DNA of 64,000 nt from Rhodothermales bacterium (GCA_965263205.1 CBDHHF010000005.1:4673-68672), one strand, 5' to 3'; positions 1-10,539 are shown, counted from the stretch's first letter. The notes: generated by a model from the sequence alone, not told the origin. Translations and numbers: made by a program.

Positions 1-1514
1 ACAGTGTGTGTACCTACCCGCAGCTCAATGCCCATGGCTTTGTCTGTAAATTCCTGGCCATTCACATAGATCATGCCGGCGGGGTCAGCCCGCAAGTTGG
101 CAATCCCCATCCGTACAGCCGGCGTCTCAGGCACTGTATTTTCCGTTCCTGTATTTTCCGTTCCTGCATTTACCGTTCCTCCATTAGACGCCCCACCTGC
201 AGGCGGCGTAACCGGATTCTCCACAGGCTGTGCAATAAGCGACAGCGGCAATGAAACTGCGTTTGCTATATCGCCGGCAACCGTGATCATCGTGTCGACG
301 GGATGGTATCCATCCAACTGTACAGCGAGGTTAATTTCGCCAACGGGTAGATCAAGTGTTAACCCTGATTCCCCCGTAATACCCGCTACATCCTGCCCTA
401 ACATGACAGTGGCACCAGCAGGAAAACTGGAGATCGTGACGGGTGCTGTTGCGGACGTATTTTGCGGCGTATTTGTAGAAGAGACCGCTGGCTGCGCGGC
501 AAGCGATGGGTCAGGTTCGTCCCCTGTAAACATGCGATAGAGCGGGTAGATGAGCAACAAGCCGGCCACCAACGCGGCTACCAGCATCGGATTACGCTTC
601 GATTTTTTCTCAAGCCGGCTCGGTGTCACAGGAATTTGCGCCGGCTGCTCCGTTGCAATGGTTGCGTTCTGCGGCGTGGTATACGCCTCTTCCACAGCTT
701 CCAGCATTTGCTGGGCCGACTGGAATCGCTTGGCAGGATCTTTCGCGATAGCCCGCTGGATAATGTAAACCAGCTTGGGCGGTATGTTGGGATTGTACTC
801 GAGCGGTGAAGGCAAGTCTTCTTCCACAATCCGCTTGAGAATGGTAAACGTCCCCTCCTCCACACCGAAAGGCAGCACACCAGCCAACATCTCGTACATC
901 GTCATCCCCAACGAGTACAGGTCGCTGCGCTGATCGATGGTGGTACCCAATACCTGTTCGGGCGACATGTACCGCGCGGTACCGGCCATACCCTGCGTAA
1001 CGGTGCTTTTTCCGTCGTCTTGCCGCAGCTTGGCGAGCCCAAAGTCGGTCACTTTCACGCGGCCGGCTTTGGTGATCATAATATTGCGCGGCTTGATATC
1101 GCGGTGGATGACGCCTACGCTATGCGCGCGTGCAAATGCCTGCAACATCTGCTTCAACACCACGCGCGCGCGCGAAAACTCAATAACGCCCTGTTCAATT
1201 TCATCTGCGAGGGTCCAACCATCTACATACTCCATCACTATGAAGAAATTCTCTTCAACCTTTCGCAGGGCATGAACGCCCACAATAAACGGGCTTTCTA
1301 CACGCGCAAGCGCACGCGCCTCGGACTGGAAGCGGCGTAAAAACGTTTCATTGGATACAAGCTCCGGGGCAATCATTTTGATTGCAACGGTTCGCGAAAG
1401 CGCGATATCTTCCGCCTTGTACACGATACCCATCCCCCCTTTCCCGAGGACTTCGAGAATTCGGTAGCCATCTATTACCTGGCCGATGGACGAATCACCT
1501 TGTTGCATGGGCAT
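1..1514 (-). CDS. Hanks-type Ser/Thr protein kinase with a TM segment and a PEGA-like C-terminal region; partial, the 3' end runs off the window
   Basis: Absent from the ORF track because it stays open to position 1. My reverse translation from the ATG at 1514 gives MPMQQGDSSIGQVIDGYRILEVLGKGGMGIVYKAED (Gly-loop). Around 1030-1130 it reads VGVIHRDIKPRNIMITKAGRVKVTDFGLAK (HRD and DFG motifs). A hydrophobic stretch LVAALVAGLLLIY lies near 560. Confidence 0.85.
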   Translation of the reverse strand, partial: MPMQQGDSSIGQVIDGYRILEVLGKGGMGIVYKAEDIALSRTVAIKMIAPELVSNETFLRRFQSEARALARVESPFIVGVHALRKVEENFFIVMEYVDGWTLADEIEQGVIEFSRARVVLKQMLQAFARAHSVGVIHRDIKPRNIMITKAGRVKVTDFGLAKLRQDDGKSTVTQGMAGTARYMSPEQVLGTTIDQRSDLYSLGMTMYEMLAGVLPFGVEEGTFTILKRIVEEDLPSPLEYNPNIPPKLVYIIQRAIAKDPAKRFQSAQQMLEAVEEAYTTPQNATIATEQPAQIPVTPSRLEKKSKRNPMLVAALVAGLLLIYPLYRMFTGDEPDPSLAAQPAVSSTNTPQNTSATAPVTISSFPAGATVMLGQDVAGITGESGLTLDLPVGEINLAVQLDGYHPVDTMITVAGDIANAVSLPLSLIAQPVENPVTPPAGGASNGGTVNAGTENTGTENTVPETPAVRMGIANLRADPAGMIYVNGQEFTDKAMGIELRVGTHT

Positions 1515-1601
1515 TCTGGTGCGCTGAACAGCGCGTTGGAGAATACAACTTCAGGATTAGCAATATGCTGAATATGCTGAACGGCATCGCTCAGCTGCGG
1601 C

Positions 1602-2336
1602 CTAGACGGCGCGCAATACCAGTGCAGTAGCGTTATCATGACCGCCTCGTTCATTGGCCATTTCAACCAGCTTCTCCGTTGCTTCCTGCGGGGTCATTTG
1701 CATTACAATTTGCTGAAATTCTTCAGCGGATACTTCGGACAACCCATCAGAACACAGCAAAAAGCTTTGCTCCGACTTCAGTTCTCCGATATCGTAGACA
1801 TCAATTTCCAGATTTGGCTCAACCCCCATCGCACGCGTGAGCGTGTTACGGCGTGGATGAACGCGGGCTTCTGCTTCAGTCAATACACCTTCGCGGCGCA
1901 TCTCCTCAACCAGGGTATGATCATCCGTAAGCAAATCTATACTGTTTTTCTCAATTCTGTAGGCCCTTGTATCACCTACATGTGCGATACAAATTTGACC
2001 ATTGGACAAGACAAGGGCTGTACAGGTTGTCCCCATCCTATCAAAACCATTTCCCGTTTGCGCCTTGTCATAAATACAATCATTGGCACGCTGGAACGCT
2101 TGCTTAAGCCGTTCCTGAACGGGATGCTCTTTGTCGCTAAAAAACACTTTAGGTACTTCCAGCAACGCAATTCTACTGGCTTCTTTGCCACCGAGGTGCC
2201 CCCCCATCCCATCTGCTACAATAAAAAGCCGTTCCTCAGCAGCTTCCGGGTTATTTTCCGGAAAACTGCCATACGCATCCTGATTTTCAGACCGAACCAG
2301 ACCCACATGGGATGTGGCACCATAAGAAATGTTCAT
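1602..2336 (-). CDS. PP2C-family Ser/Thr protein phosphatase
   Basis: ORF 1602..2363. Motifs seen: GATSHVGLVRSENQDAY, FIVADGMGGH, CSDGLS and GGHDNATALV. The start MNISYG at 2336 is preferred over the upstream M. Confidence 0.9.
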   Translation of the reverse strand: MNISYGATSHVGLVRSENQDAYGSFPENNPEAAEERLFIVADGMGGHLGGKEASRIALLEVPKVFFSDKEHPVQERLKQAFQRANDCIYDKAQTGNGFDRMGTTCTALVLSNGQICIAHVGDTRAYRIEKNSIDLLTDDHTLVEEMRREGVLTEAEARVHPRRNTLTRAMGVEPNLEIDVYDIGELKSEQSFLLCSDGLSEVSAEEFQQIVMQMTPQEATEKLVEMANERGGHDNATALVLRAV

Positions 2337-2407
2337 TGGCCTTTTTACTCTCCACCAGGACATTAAACTAATCTCTTTTTTAAACGGGCGCGGGCCCTGA
2401 CGTTTTT

Positions 2408-3829
2408 TTAAAATGCTTTAAAGTAATTGGATGCCGTCGGCGTATCAACATTCAATTTAAACAGACGCGGATCCTGTCCGATCACCGCGGCAGCAAAGAT
2501 GCGAACCACCATCTCGTACACGTCGTCTGAAATCAGATTCGGATACTGCTCCCGAATATGCCATAACGTGCGTTGATGTACGTCTTTATCAACTGCATCC
2601 AACACTGACTGGAGCTGCACTTCCCTTTTTGTTGAGTCACGTTCGTGCTCTAAAAAAACAGCCAACGTCAGCAGACCAGAAGCGAGTGCTTCCTGCCGAT
2701 AAATATCAAATAATAAATTTGTTGCAGCGTATGTGGATTGCCTGAAATCACTTCGGTCATCAAGTGACCCGATGGCATAGGCTGCCTCGTTGTTTGTGGT
2801 AGACAATCCATACGAACTGGCAGAAGCCTGAGAAAGTTGCCAGACACCCAACGTGGTGTTTGTACTCCCATGCCCCACTGCCATGTTCTCGTCAAACCCG
2901 CTAATACTCAACGGAAGATAGAAAAACTCTACAGGAAGACCGTAATCCTGGAGTGTTTTTACTACAAAAGGAGTATAATCGAACAATTGTGCACGCGTAA
3001 GCGCTTCCTTATACGGCCCTTCGCCCTCGCCTAACCAGTATTGCGTGATGCTTTTCTTGACATCGGCAACAAAGGATTCGGGCATGTTGATCTCGCTTTC
3101 ATTGAAAAAGCGAGCAGCATTGTAAATCTGGCTTTCCGTTTCGTCAAGCGCCTGGTAAAGGCCCATCTGGATGAGGTAACCTTTATAGTCTTCTGCTGCG
3201 GTTTGCCGTTCCTGTTCGAGGTTAATGATTTTCTGGGCAGTCAGCAGCCTGTCCGCCCCCTGCTGATCCGCATACACATTGGCAATGGCGATATCTGCTG
3301 CACGAATTTCGGTGAACAACACTTCTGCCTTTTCCGCAAGGTTGTCATTTTTACTTAGCTGGTGCCGGCCGTAGAAAAAGCCCGCACCGCCCAACAATAA
3401 TGCTGCCAGCGCAAAGGCCACCATCTTCGGCGTACTTGGTAACAGGCGGGGCGCTTCTTCCGAAGCATCAAAACCCGGCATAGCCGCCGCAGATTCTGCC
3501 GTGATGTAGTTAAAAACAATCCGTGGACCATCTTTGCCCAAATGGAGAATATCTTTGTCAATAACCGGTACGTGGTTGACCTTTTTGCCATTTACATAGA
3601 TACCGTTGGTACTTTCCAGATCATGTACCCACCAGCACCGGTCCTTGTAGTCTATTTCGACGTGATTCCGGCTCACATGGCTGTTTTTGATCATCACATC
3701 GCAATCGCTGTCCCGACCAATGCGAAACGGGCTGGTAAACACCCGCTCGATCGGTTCATCATCCTGAATCTCCACAACAAGACGTATGGGAGGATGGGCA
3801 GCCTGCTTTCTCATTTGGTTTTGCGCCAT
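2408..3829 (-). CDS. FHA-domain protein with one TM segment and a C-terminal SLT (lytic transglycosylase)-like domain
   Basis: The FHA core is FRIGRDSDCDVMIKNSHVSRNHVEI...LESTNGIYVNGKKV. A TM segment reads MVAFALAALLLGGAGFFY. The C-terminal stretch LSISGFDENMAVG...LGVWQLSQASASSYGL resembles the SLT signature ES-GFNPNA...GLMQ. Confidence 0.75.
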   Translation of the reverse strand: MAQNQMRKQAAHPPIRLVVEIQDDEPIERVFTSPFRIGRDSDCDVMIKNSHVSRNHVEIDYKDRCWWVHDLESTNGIYVNGKKVNHVPVIDKDILHLGKDGPRIVFNYITAESAAAMPGFDASEEAPRLLPSTPKMVAFALAALLLGGAGFFYGRHQLSKNDNLAEKAEVLFTEIRAADIAIANVYADQQGADRLLTAQKIINLEQERQTAAEDYKGYLIQMGLYQALDETESQIYNAARFFNESEINMPESFVADVKKSITQYWLGEGEGPYKEALTRAQLFDYTPFVVKTLQDYGLPVEFFYLPLSISGFDENMAVGHGSTNTTLGVWQLSQASASSYGLSTTNNEAAYAIGSLDDRSDFRQSTYAATNLLFDIYRQEALASGLLTLAVFLEHERDSTKREVQLQSVLDAVDKDVHQRTLWHIREQYPNLISDDVYEMVVRIFAAAVIGQDPRLFKLNVDTPTASNYFKAF

Positions 3830-3884
3830 GGTGTAGGGCTAGGTTCTGTATTCCCAGTCGTTACAGAAAGTGTATCTGGATAGA

Positions 3885-5135
3885 TCAGGCCGGTGTTTTT
3901 TTAGGGCCGGCAGACATACGCGAAAGATATGCCCGGATAAACGATGGCCGATAGGCGCGACGCTCGGTGATCGACCAGTCTTCCGCGCGCAGCTCTTTGA
4001 ACTTGTCTTGCAAGCTCCAGGATGCTACCATGCGCGCTAGATTTGGCGAAAGTCGGTATAAACCACCTTGCTGTGAAAGGCTTTCTGCGGCAACAACAGG
4101 ATCAATTTCGCGCAATAACATGTGCATCCCCTGCTGCACAACGGCTTTATAGCCATCCAACATGGCCAACTGATGCAAAATAACCTCATCTCCCCCTTCT
4201 TCAAGCAACGCGAGGCGCTGCCCAAGTTCTTCTTCATCCAGATCCGGATCCAGCAGATATTCTTTGAGCCGGCTACCGTTGCCTTCAAACAAAATTTCAG
4301 ACTCCGGTGTCTGGGCGATGGTGTGCCCGACAAATTCGTGGCGGAATTCCCACGGGATGCTCACCAGCATGGATAGCACATTAAATACAACGCTGTGCAC
4401 CTGGTCTAGCTGTTCAGACGTTTCAAGTTTCTTGCCACGCTTGTTCACAGGTGTCAGGGCCTTTTCGACAGGCACAGGCTCCTGAGAAAGCGGCGCTTCG
4501 CTGGCGCTGCCGTTTTTCGAAAGGGCGTGTACTTTGGGATCGGTGGCCTCAGGATCTTCATCGCCGAGCAACAAACCAGCAAGTAGTTGGCGTACTTCGT
4601 CGTTTGCCTCGAAGTCGATTTCGCTAAACGCATCTTTTAAGGCATCGATGCGACGATTGGGCGCCTCTCCTTCAAAGGTTTCGCACAGGCTGGTAAAGGC
4701 GCCGGCAAACCGCTCAGCGTCTTCGAGAAATGGATTTACAAAACTGCTTTCAAATACCGTGCGGTCATAATCAGCCGGACGGACCTTCTCCGTTTCAGGC
4801 TCTTCTTCAGCTTCTACTTCGGGCTTCTCGAGCTGAAACTCTACTTCAAACTCACCAAGCTTAATCACGTCACCATCGCTCAACATATACGTGCGCCCCG
4901 ACTCGAGCCGGGTGCTATTGAGGTAGGTAAAGTTCTTGCTGCCCAAATCTGCAATCTCATAGCCGTCTTCAAGCTGCGTGATTTCAGCATGCTTCTTGCT
5001 TACTACCCTGCTCTTATCCGGAATGTGGAGGTCGTTTTCTTTGTCTCTTCCGAGGGAAATACGCTCTTGCTCGAAAGTGAATTCTTCGACTTCGTCCGAA
5101 TCTACATCCGTCTTTAAAAATAACTTGACCATCAT
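3885..5135 (-). CDS. FHA-domain protein (FhaA/TagH-like architecture)
   Basis: ORF 3885..5210. The likely start is the double ATG at 5135 (MMVKLFLK). The FHA core is ISLGRDKENDLHIPDKSRVVSKKHAEI...DLGSKNFTYLNSTRL, followed by an acidic linker and a conserved-looking C-terminal domain ending in RPSFIRAYLSRM. Confidence 0.75.
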   Translation of the reverse strand: MMVKLFLKTDVDSDEVEEFTFEQERISLGRDKENDLHIPDKSRVVSKKHAEITQLEDGYEIADLGSKNFTYLNSTRLESGRTYMLSDGDVIKLGEFEVEFQLEKPEVEAEEEPETEKVRPADYDRTVFESSFVNPFLEDAERFAGAFTSLCETFEGEAPNRRIDALKDAFSEIDFEANDEVRQLLAGLLLGDEDPEATDPKVHALSKNGSASEAPLSQEPVPVEKALTPVNKRGKKLETSEQLDQVHSVVFNVLSMLVSIPWEFRHEFVGHTIAQTPESEILFEGNGSRLKEYLLDPDLDEEELGQRLALLEEGGDEVILHQLAMLDGYKAVVQQGMHMLLREIDPVVAAESLSQQGGLYRLSPNLARMVASWSLQDKFKELRAEDWSITERRAYRPSFIRAYLSRMSAGPKKTPA

Positions 5136-5727
5136 AAATCGAGGCTCATGATGTACTGAAACTGAGCTTGCGCTGTCATATGGTTTAGGATACCGGGGCG
5201 CAGTACACACCTGCTATCAGGTAACGCCGAGGCTCCTGTAAAAGCAATAACAAGGGATTTTCCAGCCGGGTACGCCATGTGCGGACATGGGTAAGACCAA
5301 AAGAATCCATGTTTGAAGCAGTATCACGTTGATGCTGCATCAAAATGTAGGCTGCGATCGAGGGACAAATCAAGTGTTAACTTGTAGTATATCCCAGATC
5401 CAGGTAAAGCCGGACTAAAGTGGGTTGATGTATCCATTTTCCACGTTGGTTTAATCAACTACAAACCTTGAATGTTCTTTTGCATGGAAATGTTGTATTT
5501 TTCTAGCAACCACTCCCTTGTAATGAGTATTCTTGATACAAGGCCCGACCTATACCTGTGCTGTATTTTCCATTAAGTCGTAACATACGACGGCCAAACG
5601 TACGGCATACCGCATATTTTTGCGCAAGACCTGCTCGAAAGGGACTATTTTTAGCAAAGATCATCCCTGACCCCATCTTAACGCGATCCGTAATTCATTT
5701 GCAGAGGATTTTGCAGAGAAAGCTGTT

Positions 5728-8700
5728 ATGGTACAACCCAATCTCATGATGAGGCGCCTTTTATTCAATGCGGGCTTTTTCCTTGCAAGCTTGCTGGCAT
5801 TAAGCCTTGGAACGGCGTCCCCTGCCCTTGCACAATTTGTTGAATCCAAGATCACAGCCAATGATGGCGACCCTAACGATCGCTTTGGCGAATCAGTAGC
5901 CATCGATGGAAGCACGGCAGTTATTGGTGCCTTTCGAGACGACGACGCAGGCTCGGATGCCGGCGCAGCGTACGTATTTGAATTGTCAAACGGTACCTGG
6001 ACGCAGTCAGCCAAACTCATACCTGACAATGGACTCATACTTCCGGGGCTTTTTGACAATGGACTTTTTGGCGGTGTTGTTGCTATACACAACGATGTAA
6101 TAGTCGTTGGGGCCGTAGACGCCCGCGAAAACGGCATCAGAACAGGTGCCGCCTACGTGTTTGGGCAGGACGAAATGGGCAACTGGGTCCAGCAGGAGCG
6201 CCTGATTGCAGAAGATGGCGCTATCAATGACAAATATGGCGCAGCTGTGGCAACCAACGGGGACTTTGTTATGATCGGCGCCCTGGATGCCGACCATTCC
6301 AATTTCACTAACCCCGGCGCCGTCTACGTGTATGAGCGCAATCCTGAGGGCAGCGACGTTACCTGGAATTTTGTACAAAAGCTTATCCCGGGTGATACAC
6401 AGGAAGGCGACAGCTTTGGCTGGAGCGTCGCTATGTCGGGCAATCGCGCCATCATTGGTGCTCGCGATGTAGATGATCAGGCGGAAAACGCGGGGGCTGC
6501 ATACATCTATGAGCTCAATGGCGGCGAATGGATTGAAGTGGAGAAAATCTTTGCCAGCGATGCCAAGGTTGATGATAGCTTTGGTGAAATTGTGGCGATT
6601 CATGAAGAGCAGGTTATTGTCGGCGCGCGTGATGTGGATATTCAAGGCGAAGAATCAGGCGCTGCCTACATTTTTGAGCGCAACAATGAAGGCGATTGGG
6701 TCGAAACAGCCAAACTACTCGCTTCTGATGGTGAAAGCCTCGACCGATTCGGAAATTCCGTGGCAATCGAAGGCAACTATGCCGTCGTTTCTACACGGAT
6801 CGACAACGACTTTAGCGGCGCGGTGTACGTTTTTCAGCGAATTGGTGACAGTTGGACCGAAATTGCAAAACTAACGCCGGCAAATTTGGAAGCCGGCGAC
6901 CTCTTCGGTCAGGGGGTTGCTATCAGCGAAACACGGATCGTTAGTGGTACCAAGGGGGATGATGACGAAGGCCTCGACGCTGGTGCAGCGCATATTTTTG
7001 AACTCGAAGATGCTGACCGCGCTGCACTGGTAGCGCTCTACAACGCCACCGATGGTCCCAACTGGTCTAGAAGAAACAATTGGCTGTCCAATGCCCCGCT
7101 CTCCAACTGGTACGGGGTAGAAACCAACGATGATGGCCAGGTGACCGAGCTCAACCTGGAAAGCAACAACCTGAAAGGCGATTTCCCCATCGCTGTTGCC
7201 GGGTTGCCGGCACTCAAACGCCTCATCCTCAGAAATAACAATCTGAGCGGGCAGATTCCAGCAGATGTCCAGGCCGCTTCGTTGCTCGAAACGCTGGATG
7301 CCGGCGAAAACATGCTTACGCTCCCCTTGCCAGATAACCTGGGGGATCTGCAAAACCTGCAGACGCTGCTAGTCGACAACAACAACTTCATGGGCCCCGT
7401 CCCCGAAGTCCTCACCCAACTCCAGAGCCTCCAGATCCTCTATTTAAACGACAACGCGTTCAACGGGAGCGTCCCCGAAAAATTTGGTGGGATTAACACA
7501 TTGCGCGTATTGCATCTGCAAAACAATAACATCGTAGATCTCCCACCTTTTGGAAACGACCAGCCTAACCTGGTCGAACTGTACGTTTTCAACAACATCC
7601 TCACGTTTGAAGACCTCGAACCCCAGGTTGCCATCAACGATTTCCAATACGTGCCCCAGCCCAACATCGGAGAAGCGCGCACGTTGTCGGCAACCGAAAA
7701 CAACCCGGTGGTGATTCAGGTGCAGACTGGCGGTAACAGCAACGTCTACCAGTGGAAAAAAGACGGCGAGGTGATTGCTGGCGCAACAGAAGACAGCTAT
7801 GTAATTGCCTCAGCCTCACCGGCGGATGCCGGCGAATACGTGCTGGAAGTGACAAATCTCCTCGCACAGGAGCTGCGCCTCATCAGCGAGCCGATTACGC
7901 TGAATGTAACCCCTGTTGTGAATTATGCCTCCAACTTGTCGAGTCTCCACGTTGTGCCGCCCCTTTTGAGTCCCGCGAATGGACAGGTTACAGCAACACT
8001 GGTTGGCAACACCCTCTCTATTGCGGGTAACTATGACGGCCTCGCCTTCCCGTTTGGTACGGCATCCCTGCATGCCGGCGCCCCCGGTGTTAGCACGGAA
8101 GCCGTCTATGAGCTTGATGTCACAGCAACAAACGAGACCAGCGGTGTTTTTGAAGCCGGTAACAACGCGTTCGATTTGAGCGAAGATGAATTACTGACCC
8201 TGCAGAACGGTCTTTTTTATATCAGTATCGAAACGGAGAGTGGCAGTATTGCTGATCCGTTCTCGCCTGAATTACGTGGCCAGGTGTATATTGCGCCGAA
8301 TGGAGGCCCCAACACGCCTGAGATTGCTGAGCCGGCAAACGGAGCATCCCTTAACCTTGAAGATCCAGGTGATCTCACGATTACATGGAATGCCGTGGCA
8401 GATCCAGATGGGCATCCCGTGCAGTACATTTGGGCCTTCTCTCGAAATCCTGAATTCGAGGGCGACCTGACCTTGATCGAAGGCATTTTCAGAACAGGAG
8501 ACAATACCTTTTTCAGCATCTCAAATGCAGATCTGGATGCGTTTCTTGCTTCACAAGGGATTGCGCAAGGCGCTTCCGTAACTCTGTATCACCTTGTTGG
8601 CGCAACCGATGGCAGCCAGATCGCTCGAAGCGAATCCCGCTCGATCGAGCTTACGCGCAGTACCAACAACCAGCCTCCGCGACTGGAATCACCGGTAGCT

Positions 8701-10539
8701 GACTTTAATTACTTACTGGACGACGGCCCTGGCAGTCTTAACCTGGCTGAGGTGTTTGTCGACCCAGATGGTGATGACCTGACCTTTGAAGCCAACTCGA
8801 GTGAACAGTCTGTTGCAACCGTGGCTATCGACGACGCATCACTGACGATAACGCCACTGGCCATCGGAAACACAACCATTACACTTAGCGCAACGGATGT
8901 ATTTGACGAGAATGTAACCGACGAGTTTATCCTGACCATCAACAGCCGGCCTGTAGTAAGCAACACTGTGGCCGATCAGACGCTGTTCGAATCTGATGAT
9001 CCATTAACGGTATCGGTTACCGGTGTATTTACAGATGCAGACCCGATCGGGCTCTCCGTAAATTCTTCCAACGAAGGGGTGGTTACCGCGATGCTCGTCG
9101 ACGATGATACCGCAGTTATGTTAACCCCTATCGGCGTTGGCTTTGCAGACGTAACACTGGTTGCAGAAGACGACAAAGGCGCATCCGCTTCCACCTCCTT
9201 CCAGGTCCTGGTGCAGGCAGACATGATTATGCCACCGCAAAGCCTGGCAGAAAGCATCAACATCTCTTTTGGAAACCCCGACTTATCAGCGAGCTATCGC
9301 CTTGTTGCCTTACCTGGTACGGTGAACCTCCCGATGGCAACGGCCGTCAATGGCACACCCGAGGTCGACTGGATTGCCTACCGCGACAATGGGATGGATG
9401 TAGATGACCGCGAGGCATATTTTGAGCGCTACGACGGTTCGGCCAACTTCACGTTTCGCCCGGGTGGCGGTTTTTGGCTGCTGTCCAGACAGGTATGGGA
9501 GCGAACCGATTCGCGCCCAACGGTGCAATTGGCGAACGATGGTACCTACAGCATCCCACTCCAGGCAGGATGGAATATCATTTCCAACCCGTTCGACATC
9601 GACATTCCATGGCAGGCCGTTGCGCAAACAAACGAAATTACACAACAGCTCTTCCGCTGGCAGGGGCGGTATATTGCGTCTCCCGTTTTTTCTTCAGCCA
9701 CCACAGGGAATGCGTTTTACTTCTTTAATAGCGAAAATCTGACAACCCTGAAGCTGCCGTACATTCCAGCGACATCAGAAAATGTACGCCGGCCTGCGGT
9801 ACCCGCATTCACGTTGAGCGCTGTGGTTGCAGGCGATACACTAACCAGTATTCGCGCCGGTCGGCACATGGAAGCCGCCGCTGGCACCGACAAATTTGAT
9901 CAGATTGCCCCACCAGGTGCCTTCGAAGCTGCCAGTCTTCGCCTCGTCAGACCGGGTGTATCGCAAACGAGCCGGCAAGGTTATTTAACGGAAGAGTTTT
10001 TGCCAGCAGAAAGCGCGGGTTATCGGTATGAAATTACCCTGCAAGCGCCAACGGACGGCCCGGTCGAGTTACACGCAGACGGGTTTAGCCACTTCCAAAA
10101 TCATGAAGAAATTTTGCTGATTGACAGGAAGCTCGGCAAACGTTACGACTTTCGTAAGAACCCTTCGCTCACTTTTTGGCCCGAATCGAACATACAACAG
10201 TATGTTTTGCTGATTGGAGATGCGGCGTTTGTAGCGGAAGAACAGGCCAACCTGGTGCCAGAATCTCTGGCATTGTTGCCCAACTACCCCAATCCTTTTG
10301 CGCAAACAACAACCATAGCGTTTGCGCTACCGGAACCGGAAAACCTCAGGATCGTCGTCTATAACACGTTAGGCCGCAGGGTTCGCGTACTCGCAGAAGG
10401 GACGTACAACGCAGGGCATCATCAACTATCGTGGGATGGTTTGAGTGATGCCGGTGCTGCTTTGGGCAGTGGTTTGTATTTTTACCAGCTGCAATTGCAA
10501 GACAAACAAATTGTGCGTAGCATGATGTTGCGGCGTTGA
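5728..10539 (+). CDS. Giant secreted multidomain surface protein with a T9SS C-terminal sorting domain: FG-GAP-like propeller repeats, leucine-rich repeats, an Ig-like domain, a CHRD-like domain and cadherin-like repeats
   Basis: The signal-like N-terminus is RRLLFNAGFFLASLLALSLGTASPALAQ. There are about 7 repeats of the form D.FG.SVAI.G..A.IGA..DD....AGAAY.F. An LRR cap reads DRAALVALYNATDGPNWSRRNNW, followed by NL.GxIP-type repeats. The C-terminal tail is LPNYPNPFAQTTTIAFALPEPENLRIVVYNTLGRRV...GLYFYQLQL. Confidence 0.85.
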   Translation: MVQPNLMMRRLLFNAGFFLASLLALSLGTASPALAQFVESKITANDGDPNDRFGESVAIDGSTAVIGAFRDDDAGSDAGAAYVFELSNGTWTQSAKLIPDNGLILPGLFDNGLFGGVVAIHNDVIVVGAVDARENGIRTGAAYVFGQDEMGNWVQQERLIAEDGAINDKYGAAVATNGDFVMIGALDADHSNFTNPGAVYVYERNPEGSDVTWNFVQKLIPGDTQEGDSFGWSVAMSGNRAIIGARDVDDQAENAGAAYIYELNGGEWIEVEKIFASDAKVDDSFGEIVAIHEEQVIVGARDVDIQGEESGAAYIFERNNEGDWVETAKLLASDGESLDRFGNSVAIEGNYAVVSTRIDNDFSGAVYVFQRIGDSWTEIAKLTPANLEAGDLFGQGVAISETRIVSGTKGDDDEGLDAGAAHIFELEDADRAALVALYNATDGPNWSRRNNWLSNAPLSNWYGVETNDDGQVTELNLESNNLKGDFPIAVAGLPALKRLILRNNNLSGQIPADVQAASLLETLDAGENMLTLPLPDNLGDLQNLQTLLVDNNNFMGPVPEVLTQLQSLQILYLNDNAFNGSVPEKFGGINTLRVLHLQNNNIVDLPPFGNDQPNLVELYVFNNILTFEDLEPQVAINDFQYVPQPNIGEARTLSATENNPVVIQVQTGGNSNVYQWKKDGEVIAGATEDSYVIASASPADAGEYVLEVTNLLAQELRLISEPITLNVTPVVNYASNLSSLHVVPPLLSPANGQVTATLVGNTLSIAGNYDGLAFPFGTASLHAGAPGVSTEAVYELDVTATNETSGVFEAGNNAFDLSEDELLTLQNGLFYISIETESGSIADPFSPELRGQVYIAPNGGPNTPEIAEPANGASLNLEDPGDLTITWNAVADPDGHPVQYIWAFSRNPEFEGDLTLIEGIFRTGDNTFFSISNADLDAFLASQGIAQGASVTLYHLVGATDGSQIARSESRSIELTRSTNNQPPRLESPVADFNYLLDDGPGSLNLAEVFVDPDGDDLTFEANSSEQSVATVAIDDASLTITPLAIGNTTITLSATDVFDENVTDEFILTINSRPVVSNTVADQTLFESDDPLTVSVTGVFTDADPIGLSVNSSNEGVVTAMLVDDDTAVMLTPIGVGFADVTLVAEDDKGASASTSFQVLVQADMIMPPQSLAESINISFGNPDLSASYRLVALPGTVNLPMATAVNGTPEVDWIAYRDNGMDVDDREAYFERYDGSANFTFRPGGGFWLLSRQVWERTDSRPTVQLANDGTYSIPLQAGWNIISNPFDIDIPWQAVAQTNEITQQLFRWQGRYIASPVFSSATTGNAFYFFNSENLTTLKLPYIPATSENVRRPAVPAFTLSAVVAGDTLTSIRAGRHMEAAAGTDKFDQIAPPGAFEAASLRLVRPGVSQTSRQGYLTEEFLPAESAGYRYEITLQAPTDGPVELHADGFSHFQNHEEILLIDRKLGKRYDFRKNPSLTFWPESNIQQYVLLIGDAAFVAEEQANLVPESLALLPNYPNPFAQTTTIAFALPEPENLRIVVYNTLGRRVRVLAEGTYNAGHHQLSWDGLSDAGAALGSGLYFYQLQLQDKQIVRSMMLRR

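Noticed and set aside
133-180. A tandem 15-bp repeat (gtattttccgttcct x2 plus a diverged third copy).
   Set aside because: It lies in frame inside the kinase C-terminal region and encodes GTENT-type low-complexity linker repeats. It is not an independent element.
1-5135. Assigning the kinase, phosphatase and FHA genes to a type VI secretion regulatory pathway.
   Set aside because: No T6SS structural genes (TssB/C, Hcp, VgrG, TssK and others) are visible in the 64 kb. The resemblance is in architecture only.
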